Part shown: one piece after another, positions 26,541-38,420 of the stretch
Position numbering within the stretch: position 1 is the stretch's first letter
Layout: each line of letters opens with the position of its first letter
Source of the DNA: Iphione sp. A-MEVVRFRX5
Taxonomy: Eukaryota
Direction of reading: 5' to 3'
Length of the DNA stretch: 64,000 bases
Assembly (NCBI GenBank): GCA_976226885.1
Contig: OZ320320.1
Span: 66,650,001-66,714,000 of the forward strand
The notes under the pieces: generated by a model
What the model was told of the DNA's origin: nothing
Seen by the model: only the letters and a program-made list of their open reading frames with translations
Databases searched by the model: none
Program-made: the position numbers and the translations under genes

Positions 26541-27262
26541 AGAGTGCCCAGGTACATGACAGGGGGACAGTGGTATCCATGGCTCGAGGCAGCACAGGTC
26601 CAGAGACGAACTCATAAGTATACCACTGACTGGATCTGCACTCTTGGTGTTCATGTGAAACTTTGCATTCAAAAAACTTTATTGTGTCAAAGAGTTTTAT
26701 TAGAATTATTCAACCATTAGTTCTGTCTTAGCATTAACTGAATCAGCATGTAAAACGTGGAGTAAGGAAATCTCTAAGCTCCTTGAATATTCAAGCTGCT
26801 GGCATGTAGAACTCAAGTGCTCAGGGAAGCGGGCGAGGGGCGGGGGGGTCGAGTGAACCTCATGCCCCATTCCCGTAATAGGTCTGAGAGGATCTTTCTA
26901 GCAGGTGTCAACCCGCCCCTGTCTATTTGCATATGGGAAGCAAAGTGGGCAGTGACTGAGAGCGAACGTGAGAGTGTGGATTAAGTTGGATGCGCTTGTA
27001 TAATTCACGGTTATCTAGAATGTGTCGCAAGAGCTAGTAATAGCCCATATCATACTCCTAGCATCAAAAGAACCCCTTTTACACTAACACATCCAAGTTG
27101 GCCCCACCCTTTCCTAGATGTACCCTGTGTGTCTGAACGTGATGAAACCACCATACATTTGGGTGGCTGACAGGCAGGGGATGGGTCAAGCTAGTGTACT
27201 TGGTAAAACAGCGACTGGTACTGTGTAAGCCTGATGCACTGTCAGAGTTATAAGAGGTTAAC

Positions 27263-27385
27263 CGTACTCTTCATAGGTGTCGTCCGTCCAGATGTGGTAG
27301 GATGGTTGTTTGGAGGGCTTATCCGGTCGAATCCTCGGTGGAGGAATCTCGTTCTCGGCGGCATAAACATTCTCTATCTTTGGCG
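27263..27385 (-). CDS. Gene A internal exon (A)PKIENVYAAENEIPPPRIRPDKPSKQPSYHIWTDDTYEEY
   Basis: Strong acceptor ttcgtttatatttccag|; 123 nt, phase 1-1, open frame ending just before TAA. The donor |gttaac is weak (alternative |gtacgg at 27267). Confidence 0.72.
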
Positions 27386-30289
27386 CTGGAAATATAAACG
27401 AAGACATGCTAGTTTATCAAAGTGAATATTTAAGTTATCGCCAAACTTTGGGTGATAATTAAGCAACCATAAGATACAGGTTCGATGTAAAGGCTTTTAT
27501 AATTGACTTATCCACAGAAGACTTGGACATCGTCCATTCTGCATATGTCTAGACTTCTGGAGTCACCGAAATTCGTTTACATCCCTTAGCAGCAGACGAC
27601 CTTTCCTGAGGATCTGCAGCCAGCAAAATTATGTTATGGTGGTACCGGCAGTCTAGTGTAATTTTTGACCATGTCCAAATCTCCCAGGTACATTTGGTAG
27701 TTTTCATATTTTGACATTGTGCTGCTCATGTATCAGTTTTATTTCTTGTTGCCTTAAATATCACATTTTTTTTGCAGGGCCTGGGATCATGTCGCATGCC
27801 TCATCGCACTCCTGCTGATGATACCCCTGGAATTTATTTCTCCCTCCTCCCCTCAAAAAAATAGAGAGAGAGGTGCACGTGCACGTGTTCCGCAGTGTTG
27901 TGGTTTCAGCTACTCAAAAAGGTTTTCTTTTTACTCGTATCACTTTTTTTGCAATTGATATCTATTTCGCTCGCACCTCAATAAACGCGTCTTTCATTCC
28001 ATACCAATGGGATTTTAACTTTCACCTCCAAGTCTCAATGAAAACAAGTGAAAGTATATTTAGAGAAAAACTAAACGTAAAAACAGTGGACACAGACACA
28101 CATGGCTGTGAACATACTACATGTATGTGCAGTAGGTTCGTAAGTATAGATCAGTAGGAACTAACCAGGTTTGGCTGGACCTGTGGCTCACACTTTTTAA
28201 CCCCAACTTTCTGTTACACCTTATATCTGCAGCTCAAACATATTCAATTAAACCTTAATTCTTAGGGTTGGATATTAAGGCAGCATCTTGGGCATCTTTT
28301 TATGGAGTGCACGCTCAATGACTTCAGTATTTTATTAAATGTTTTAGCTTTGTTTAAATGTTTGTTTGAAAATTGGATCCAGTGTTTAGACTATCATAGT
28401 GTATCCTCATAGAGACGAAGGGGTGTAGGTGCTGTGGGGGGTCTCCCCCCACCCCCCATCCCCCACACACATTTTCAGTCACACATTACCTCCAGCCTGC
28501 TAAAGATGACTTGCATCCATGAAAATATGGAGAATTGTACGGGAAGCTATGCTAAAGATGTCTTTAATGCATGGAAACTGCACATGCATTGCATTTTGGT
28601 TGCACATATCCTTGATGATACACTCAAACCATTGGAGAATATCTGTGGGGCAATGGCTAAAGAACAGGCCCCAAATGAACATGTGGCTGACACATGTCAT
28701 GTTCGAATCCCCAGTATGGAAGAAAAAACGTACAGAACCTTAACAGGCAGCAAGAGATCATATAATAACAAAAACGCACAGTATAATCAGAGTAATACGT
28801 AAAATAAAGTACTGGGGGGGTTGGAACGTAGCGAGACTAGGGGGGGATTTTAATAAAAAATATGGAAATGACATGCATTGTGACACTGGTGCCTATGTAC
28901 TGCACCGGGGTGCTTGTAAAATTGCTTTTGCCTTTAAGGTGCGTGGTTAACTACTGATATTGTATGGACGGGAACTTTTAATTTGTTATTAAATTGTTTC
29001 AAGATGTGTTTTATCCACAACTAATTTGCAAAGTTTTCTCCTATTTCCAATTCACTTGGGACTTCAAGTTCAAAGACCTACTACCCTCAGTATACACTTA
29101 TACTGTAAGACATACTTCTGTCAATACTTCAGGAAAATCGAATTGGGCTCCGCGATTAGGAAATTCTCAACATGGACATCTGCCGGATGTCGACTTTGAC
29201 ACGTGTGTCTTCAAGCGATATGCTGGATCGACGTCATGTCAAATGGCGCGGTCGTTTTCCCTACCAAAACCAATTTCCTCCTGTGACAAATCTATAACCG
29301 GCACACTTGTGGCGTGCATCGGCTGAATCTTTGACTGTTTTTTTTTAACGAAAAAGGCAACATTCTCTAGCGACACATAAAAGAGTTCGTTAAAAGTTGA
29401 GAAAGTGTAGGGAGAGCTCAGGCAATGGATTTCACACCTGAATTGATTCTAATACATTCCCGAATAAGGATATACCTGCACCGGGTCTATAAAGAGCCGT
29501 CGAGGGAGGCAGGGAAATGGGAGGTTTAATAACGAGATGGACGTCTAGGAGAAGATCCCTATTGAGTTCCGAGCAAAGGGGAAGATGCTATTGTGGTGAC
29601 AATTCTGTCCATGGGGAGGCAGGAGTTCACCTGAAACCTACTGAGGGCAACTCTGACGCCCGCCACTGCCCCCAGCACGTCTCCCGACGAAGGCCGGTTC
29701 ACGTCGGTGAGGCAGAGGAATAAGTGGAGGGGGTGGGGTAAACTTGGTGTGAAGCAGTCTGTTTGGTAGATCTCCTATTGCCTGAAATATCCATAAAAGC
29801 CTTACAACAAATGGGGGCTTTGGGGCTTGGAACATGGGGCAGCTACAACATTATATTAATTGCTTTAGGCTGGATGTCCATGTACATGATTGTGTAGGCA
29901 TGTTTGTCTGTTCATGTTTCTAAGTGTGTATTTTGGGAACAATGGTTAACATGAAGAGTGTACCCTTGCATGTGTGTGTGTGTGCATGTATATGTGTGTC
30001 TGTGTTTAGAAAATGGGAACTGTCCCATTCTTCCATGAAAGACACATGTTTGGCATGTGCATTTTTCAAACATGTGCCATGGCATGTATACAGTGGTTAT
30101 CAGATTAACAAAAGCGCACCATGATATGTTCTAATATGCACAGGCACACCTACATGCATACATGGACATCCAGCCTTTCTGTTGATTACTACAGTTGTAA
30201 TCTTCGTGCATTCAGATGAAAAGAGAGATATAGAGGAGGGAAAAGGAAGGCAGACCCAGAGAAACGGAAGTATGTTAGGCTGCGCCGGT

Positions 30290-30295
<6 letters not shown>

Positions 30296-30331
<36 letters not shown>
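30296..30331. repeat. (GA)n microsatellite
   Basis: Directly visible. Confidence 0.95.
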
Positions 30332-30335
<4 letters not shown>

Positions 30336-30758
30336 AAGACACGCGCACACGTAGATAAAAAGAAAAGGATGGAGGGGAGAGGAAAATGACAAACAAACAG
30401 ACAGAGGAAAGAAAGAGAGATAAATAGAAAGACAACGGACAAAATATGTAAGAAGATTCAATGAGAGAATGGAAAATTACAAAAACAAATTTTGGACCGT
30501 TAGCAGAGACGTTGCCAGGTTTCATGCGTCTTTCTATCAAGCAGTTTACCTTTTGACCTGTTCCTGACGCCTGAAGCACAATCACAGCATAAGTGCTGAC
30601 AAGTCGTATTTGCATCGGGTAGCTCTGCGCCCGGTGGCGACCATTGACTCAGCTGCTACCTTGTCAGTGTGCCAGCTTGTGCCGATCAACTCTCCTAATA
30701 ACACTTGGAGTTCACTTGGCGCTGCTGCTCAGACTCCCACCCCTATTTTCTCCGTTAC

Positions 30759-30852
30759 CGTAACTCTTCTCGCCTGATTTGCCACCACGGCTGATCAGGG
30801 ACGATCTTGTACTCCTTTTTGTGCGAGCTAGAACGACTTTGTGGGCTAAGTT
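30759..30852 (-). CDS. Gene A internal exon NLAHKVVLARTKRSTRSSLISRGGKSGEKSY
   Basis: Acceptor ccaagttctcttttag|, donor |gtaacg; 94 nt, phase 0 to 1, fits the next exon; contains furin-type RTKR. Confidence 0.7.
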
Positions 30853-31819
30853 CTAAAAGAGAACTTGGAGAAATAGACTGCAACTAGTAGAAAAAGTTCA
30901 CGGGATGCTTGTGCTCTAATGGTCCCTCAAAGTGTCAGTCTTTATCTGTTATGCAGTGAGCAGATGATGAGTAACTGTGCTTGACAAGACATTGCTTTTT
31001 CTTACAGAGGAACACCGGTCGTTTGACTTAGCTTAACTTTGACCGACCAGACATATTGGTTGTCTTGGCTGACAAACATATTACGTCTCATAAATCTGGA
31101 GAGAAAAAAAGGAAATTAACCTAAACGGGAAAGATCTGACAGCACACGAGCATATGGTCTCACGGCATAAGGAACACTACACGAAACTTTCGAAACAATT
31201 ATTCCATCCCTCGATAAGAGTTCGGATCCTCGAATATGTTTAAGTTGTAACCCACCCTGCATATATTTCCCATTTCTATATACTACTCAGGATTTTCCCG
31301 TTTCTCCATACCAATCTCACGTACTTCCTTATGGCAAAACGCGATCTAACAATCGGTCCAGGTGCTTCCAATTACTATTGATGATTGATTGCACAAAGTC
31401 TCCTGACAAGGAGCGGTTGTTAGAGATAATTGCGTAACGATCTGTTTAATGTTTGATGTTGAATATTTATGACAAGGAAACGGCCGCACTATGCACACGA
31501 TGCAACACATTTATGTCAAAAATAATGTAAATATTACGTAATCGTCCTTTAGTTCTATTTTCTTGTTGCGTCGCTTTTATCTACTTTTCTCATCATTTTC
31601 TATCCATCCTTATTCCTATCCAACTGTTGATATGTAGTACTATACATGGGTATTTCTATAAACCGGTACATGTAGGCCCCTATGTGTTTGTCTATTTTCG
31701 TCCTTCTGCTGGTCTGTCAATTTGACGTTCCTTGTTGCTCGGGTGAGTCTGTCGTTCCCTCTTGACTCTTTAGCGTGTTCGGACCAAACATGTGGCGTCG
31801 TTAGTCGTGTTCAATTACC

Positions 31820-32140
31820 GTGCGCGTTGAGAGGGGGCGCCCGATGAGGGCGCTGCTTGCCGGAGAACACAGGCACGGGTCAAGCCCCCTGGCGGCCGAT
31901 TTAAAGGTTATACAGTTCCCGGTGGCTCTACCTAGCATGGTGGACGCCCGCCAGGGAGTCAAGTGGCGCCCTCGACGGCGTCCTCAAGCATTAGGGTGCT
32001 GCCTGGCCATTAGCGTTGCTTCTGCCCGCTCGTTTCGGCGCACCTCGTGAAGGGGGCGCCTCATCCGTTGGTAGTTTGGTCCCGGGGCCTTTCTCTACTG
32101 GGGATGAAGTTCACATCATTACCGGACCTGTACGCGAAAC
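31820..32140. promoter_or_regulatory. GC-rich block with clustered CTCF-like motifs
   Basis: Perfect core CCGCCAGGGGGC on the minus strand (31884-31895) plus AGGGGGCGC partial sites at ~31832 and ~32051; degenerate GATGAAG...CGAAAC at ~32104-32140. Confidence 0.45.
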
Positions 32141-35100
32141 CTAGCCGTAACATGAGTGTGTGGATGGCACCCCCCATGAACACGAGCGTACATGTATATC
32201 AACGGAAATTACCCGTTTTCAATTTGGACCCCCCTAAAATGCTGACTGGTATTAATTATTTCCGGTATACTATACTGAAGCAGCCAGTGAGGAAAGAGGC
32301 GCAAGACCAACACCGGGTTGGCCTTGCCGCCGAGGTTTATTATATTATTGCGTGGCTATAGGGGGTCGCACGATTAACAAGGGGCAATAACGTCTTCATT
32401 ACTGTTGACTTCCGGGCTATAATCACCCGTAAAAAGGCCAACCTCCGAGCGAAAAATGCAGGAAATAACCATAAAGTCACCGAAGCAGGCATCCGGATCT
32501 GGAGTGGGAGTCTTTTGTCAGAGGCCTTTGCCATGTTCTTTAAGTGTATCATCCACTTTCATCTCCGTGTACCAGCTACAGTGTAGGTAGGTTGGTTAAT
32601 TCTGAGAGGGCAAGACACCTATAGACTGAGTGTGTTGAATAGTTCCGGTGGCACAGTTAAGGGATGAGCGAAATGTATCTCCTGGGATCGAGGGGGGAGG
32701 GGGGCGGAGGACATTGGTAATATTTCTTCTGAAGTCACGTGCCATTTTCTGTTTCTGTGGCATAAGAAAGCGTCCTGGAAGAATGACTTGATTTTCACAG
32801 TAAATTGCTTTACAATGCGCCCACTTAGTCGCTAGCGGAAGCGAGTTGTTTGGGACAGGCCGCTTCCTCTTAAAGAACACTTAATATGAGCAGAGGTTGC
32901 AAAGGCAGTGGGTGGATAAAACATAGAACTATTAAGGAAATGGTGGATAATCGGGATTCTAAAAGAGCTGGAAGGAACAGAAGGAAGAAATGGAAGCTTA
33001 TATCACGAAGAATGAGTAATACTTGTATGAATAAGGATAACGCATATTTAAATGATATTTATCAGTGTGGCTAGATTTAGAAGAGAAAATATATATTCAT
33101 TATGTTATACTGGTCTACATTGATTTTTTGCTATTGTCATCAATATGCGATGTTGTGTATTCAATGAGTGTATTCCATGAGTCGTTAACACAAAAAAAAT
33201 CATTAGTAATTTTGCACAATTTGTATTTCTCATTAGCTAATTTACTCATGTGACTAAACTTATGAAACAATGTCACGCTTAAATGTAAGCTGAAAAGCAA
33301 CTGTGGCCGAAACCAGAACGTTCATGTTGGTCGTACATGAGAAACATTATATGTAATTGCTATTGTTATATGAAGGAGATTCATCACACCTTTTACACAA
33401 GCATAGAAACGAGTCGATAGTGGCAAACAATAAAACTTTGGGTCACAGATCTTTACGGTGTGCTACGGTTTGCACAGTTAGTATATCTATGTAGTGAAAT
33501 AAGAACAAACCAAGGGGATTTACATATTCAGACAATTTCTCTCTAAGAAAACCTAGACAGATTTAAATAGAGAGTGACTCTCAGATGTAAAATGAGATCT
33601 TGATTACCTTGGTCTGTCGAAAGCGCTACATGATACACGATAACTGCATCCTACCAAAGTTAATACATGTAAGGACTCTAGACATGGATATACATACTTA
33701 GGTTCACATAGTATTTATAACGGAGACAGTCTGGCGTTATGGTTACATTTAATATTCGAGTGGATGTGATAACCAGAAGTGGCTAGCCGGAAATACAATA
33801 GACCAACGGAGCGGCGTTAAGGTTTCAAACCGAAGTTCGATGCGGAAATATATCACTGTGAACAGCATCGGATAACTAATCTAACAAGAGAGCCAGAGGC
33901 CATGCATGGTATAGCAGTCAGTCTTCATTATATATTTCCCATTGTATCTAGTATAAGAGAAAGTGCTGTATAGCGAGACATGACTGCCATGTAATTATGG
34001 ATAATAGGGGATAAAAACAATAATTTCACTTTGCGCTTACACCAGCCCACCCATCCACCAACCGTCCGAAAAAGACAAAATTGGTCAGACAAGTGGTACC
34101 CGTCGAAATTGATGTATTGGACACCAACTTGTGGCTATACACTAGTTGGTATGGAGTCGCAGTGACACATGACACATGACATACGATTCAATGTTCGTGG
34201 TACAGCAATGTACCGAGGATAGTCACGGTGAAGTTGTACAATTCGAGTGCAACTCGGTTTGAAACGAACATCAATTCCTTTGTTTTGTATAAGCCTTCCT
34301 ATTTAAGCATACAGTGTATTAAAGTCCTCTACAGGGTTGGGAATGTATTCTACATAATGCCATGAGTGGAAATGTTCTCGAGTATCCAAGTTCCATAGCT
34401 AAGGTTTATGGAGGCTTCAGTCATATCAGCCTTTGATGTCGCGCTTCTTGCGAAAAGGTACGTCAGTCTATCACTGTCCAAAGGCAAAGGCAACAACCTT
34501 TCTGCTATACTGATGGAACTTTTGTTCTTGTCCAGAAATGTATCGGTGGTAGTTACAACATTTCCGCGCTGAAAATGTAAATAGAAAGCTTTGGATAAAT
34601 CTGGTATCGCTCCATTAATCTCATTGGCTTCATGGCCTACCTATGTACATGTACTCCTTACAGCACAACCTTGAGACGGGCAGATTCAATTAATGGCTTC
34701 TTCAACCTGCTCGGTTTAGCGGAAAATCACCTCGCCCACTATCGTGTCAGGGCATTCAAGCAAGTTAGTCAGCATTGTAGCCGGCTGCAGCTATTCCTGG
34801 CTTCGAGCAACATTTCTTTCCTCCAAGGTAACGCCAGTGGGGTGAGAAACGTGTAGGGGACAAGGGAGAGGTGCTGCAAAAGGGCTTTGGAGAGTTGCTG
34901 GAAGGTCTGGCTAATAGTAGTGCCGGATCGTAGCCATCTCTCTAGTTCTCATCAATGGAATGATAAACGAGGTTTTCCAGCAATTGCTAAGAGAGGTAAG
35001 TCCTGAAGGGATGAACTTTTGGTACAAGTTGCCGGGTAAAGTCTCCGTATATGTATGCAGACTCTTATGAACTGAACGTACAAGCGACTGGGGCGTTACT

Positions 35101-36079
35101 GAGACAAACCACGATCAGGAAGACCCGCCGATAGACAGATGTGTTAAAAGAACAGGTAAAATGATATATAAACATGAAGATATATGTATATACGTAAGCG
35201 TAGGGCCTGCAGAATGAGAAAGGGCTCTAAAAGAAAGATTTATGTGGAGTAGTGTGCGGTTGAATCTGAAAAATGGTCACGGAAAGTGGAGGCGTAGGCG
35301 AGAGATGGGTCGTCGGCTGACGTGTGAACAAGGTTGCAACCCACCCAACAAGCTGCAGTGAAAGGGGCGCCGAATTAGAATGGAGAAGAGCTAGGAACAT
35401 CCCCCAACCTACTCCGCTGAGAGACAGGAGAGCCCCTCAACCCCGGAGGGCTCCTGTGCGGCAGCTGCAGGCTACCAATTAAGTTTTGTCCTCCACTTTA
35501 ACTGAACGAGACAGATTCCAACTGGCCTTCCCTTTAACTAACGCTTCTCATCTCATACCCCTAACGTTACTCAATGAGAGGCGACTCTCGTTCCCTCCCA
35601 CTCTACTACAGGGGCTTATCCCGAACTATCACCGCTTGATTTCCCAACAATCGTCTTCCTTGCACTAGAACTTCCGTACGTTCCCTCGACAATGACCAAA
35701 ATCATCAGGAACGGTTGTCTCATTTTCATCCTCTTCACCGTATAGAAAGTCCATTGGAAGAAATTTGGCTTCCATCTGTTAATCAAAGGATCAGGGTAGT
35801 TACAATTACTTTGTCTCATCAGTGGCGGGGATAGTGTTACTCTGGCAACCCCAAAGTTTACGACTACATGGTCACTGTTATTTCTACACATAGGCTATCT
35901 GCTTTTGGTCTGTAGGTGATTCGAAATAGTAGCTGCAAACTTCTGTTGGCTGGCTGTTTGCTGGATGCCATCTAAGGCGTGGACACAGTTTCAGCCAATG
36001 GCGCATTGATCAAATTCTAATTCCCCTTATGGGATAATTGTAATTAAACACGGGAGGGGGTGCCCTATGGCTTTATTTG

Positions 36080-36410
36080 ATGGCAATGTTCTACCAGACT
36101 CCTCTATTGAAAAGGCAGGAAATTTGTCTTTCACAGGGCTACTTTCCTGATACAGAGGAAGGGAAGATTAAAGTAAAACAAGTTCACTTGGATGTCCGCA
36201 GGATGTTTCCTAATATTAAACACAAAACAAGCTTACGTGACACTTTTCCAATGCTGTTAATTGGTAAAAATTATCATCTTAGATACTTGGTAGGATTTCA
36301 ATGCAACTGGGACCGCTGCATCCGAAAGGATGAGCAATTTCGTAGCTTACAGGCCCCTCAGTGGGATGGATATTTTACATTTATTCATGGATGTTTTTAG
36401 TGTCATTATT
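36080..36410 (+). mobile_element. Possible degenerate Penelope-like RT fragment
   Basis: GYFPDT...HLDVRRMFPNIKH resembles PLE motif A (xDVxSLYxNIPH). It is followed by frameshifted TGTAASERM (cf. GTAMGxxMAP) and FMDVF (cf. YxDDxF) in the expected order. Confidence 0.35.
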
Positions 36411-38019
36411 CAGGCCAAATCCTGCTGATTCTGTTGAATGCCACCACGTTGTTGTTTCACGACCTTTTTATAAAAGCCACGACAATTTTTGCAGAAATAA
36501 TATTTTCCACAATATACTTATAAAACCACTAGGTAGCATCGACTGAGAACCGGAAAGCCTGGAGCAGGCAATAGCCGATATGCAAATGGGATGAATAAAG
36601 TACGCACTGACCGAGAGAGTCGGGGGGTTTAGGCTGGAGGCCACCATCCTACCCCTGACAGTGGCAGTGGCCTTATCAGCTGGGCGAGGGATGTCCATAT
36701 CACAAGGACTGTATTTCCATAATAGCTGACTTTCTCTGCTACTGGGCCTCGTGTGCAACCATTGGAACCGCTGGATTAACGCCACCCGAAGGTCGCTCTT
36801 TTCCAATAAAACCGGATGTGGGTCAAGCACTCTACGCCATCTACTGGCCAAGACGACAGTCTGTTTTTTGGCATTAATTTCATTGGCAGCCCTTACGAAC
36901 CAATGACAAATCGACCATTGTGGTGCATGAAAAGAAGACATTTGTAATGGGACTTGAGGAAAAGAACGAAAGAGGAAATTAGATTTAAGGACAACGCGGA
37001 ATGTAGAGGGGTAAACAACTATTAAAAGATAAATTTACCTAATTAAACCATTATGCTGGAAGCCAAGTTTGCGTAGGAAGGACAAAAATAATCGGGCGGC
37101 TTTGAAAGCAAAAATAATCCTTCTTTTTTTAAAAAAATTGGTGATGTTTCCTTTAATAGCAAGCAGAAATAGATCAGCACTCATTAATTGAAACGGTATG
37201 AGTTTCCCTTTTAGAAAGTCAGGCAAGATGCAACAAGGAGGGTATGGGAATTATCCTCAGCTCTGGAGAATAGCCTCGGGCGGATGCAGGTCCAACATCT
37301 TCAGAGCATACATGTAAAACATCCCTGGTTTCAGTAATATGAAGGCCGTGCCGCGGAGAAAAGCTATGGTCCGTCTAAGAGCATGTCCTCATCTCAAGAG
37401 GAGACTTCCGAGAATGGTCCGAATGGCTGTCATACGGAGGAGGTTCTCATTAACGCCAGCGCTGACGCCCCCACCCCCACCCCCCACCCCCACCCGTCAG
37501 ATCATTTTCGCCACGACTTATTTACCCCCGTGTTTCTGGTTAACCCTGTTGGTTTGCATGGGGTGACAGACAGAAAAAACATCATTTATATATATACATA
37601 TATACATAGCTCCTTTTGGTAAACATAATTTACGTGTAGACCAATGGTGTGAAGTAGGACCACCGCAGGAGGTGGCCAAAATCAAACCGTTTCCCTCTTG
37701 TTTATGATTTGTTCACCTCGTCGGTCGTGAACTGAAAGTACGCTGACCTGCGAGAACCAAACAAAAAAGGAATGTCTGAATGGGGCACGATCTGGCAGGT
37801 TACTGACACCCTTCCCACAGATCCTGCCAGAGGCTTGCAATGTATAATCAAGAGGCAGTTTGTGGGATATCAGCGATTTGCCACGGGATATTATATGCGC
37901 TTTTGAATGGATTCCGTTTCCTAATACTACAATTTGTCACGCCCGTCCGCTTACTGGATGCTTCTTGAGACGCTGTGCGCTTTGTCAAGCATGTCATTGA
38001 CGAGAGCTACGATGGCCAA

Positions 38020-38420
38020 GAAACTCCCCCCCCCCCACCGCTAGGGGGCGGCCAGGCCCGAAGCTGTGAGTAAATATTAGGGCAAACAGCACAGGAGGAC
38101 GACGGGGCCTTGTGTGGCGGCCGCGCTGTGTGGTCCGCCGCCCCTGACGCCGCGCCGCCGCCCCACACGCCGATCTTGTCGTTTGGAGCGTCCCAATGCT
38201 TTGCGGTCTGTTTCCGGCGACGCCGACCGAGGCACGTACAGACCGACCGGAAGCGTGCCGGGTCTGCTCAGGAAGTGGACGATCGGGGGGGGGGGGCAGT
38301 GCCTCTCCGACCCCCTCCCCCACCCCCGTCCCCGCCTCCAAAAGAAACCCTCACAGTAACCAGAGAAGCCACTTTCAGTAACTCCTGTCATCCAATCAAC
38401 TACTCAAACTGAGGCCGCAA
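38020..38420 (+). promoter_or_regulatory. GC/CpG-rich block with consensus CTCF motif
   Basis: CCGCTAGGGGGCGG at 38038-38051; ETS-like CCGGAAG/CAGGAAGT at ~38247 and ~38269. Confidence 0.45.

Noticed and set aside
34585-34601. DLSKAF LINE RT motif on the minus strand
   Set aside because: Isolated six-residue match with no flanking RT motifs.
23687-36587. Octamer ATTTGCAT sites (23687, 26304, 26925, 30608, 36580)
   Set aside because: Five seen versus about four expected by chance on both strands.
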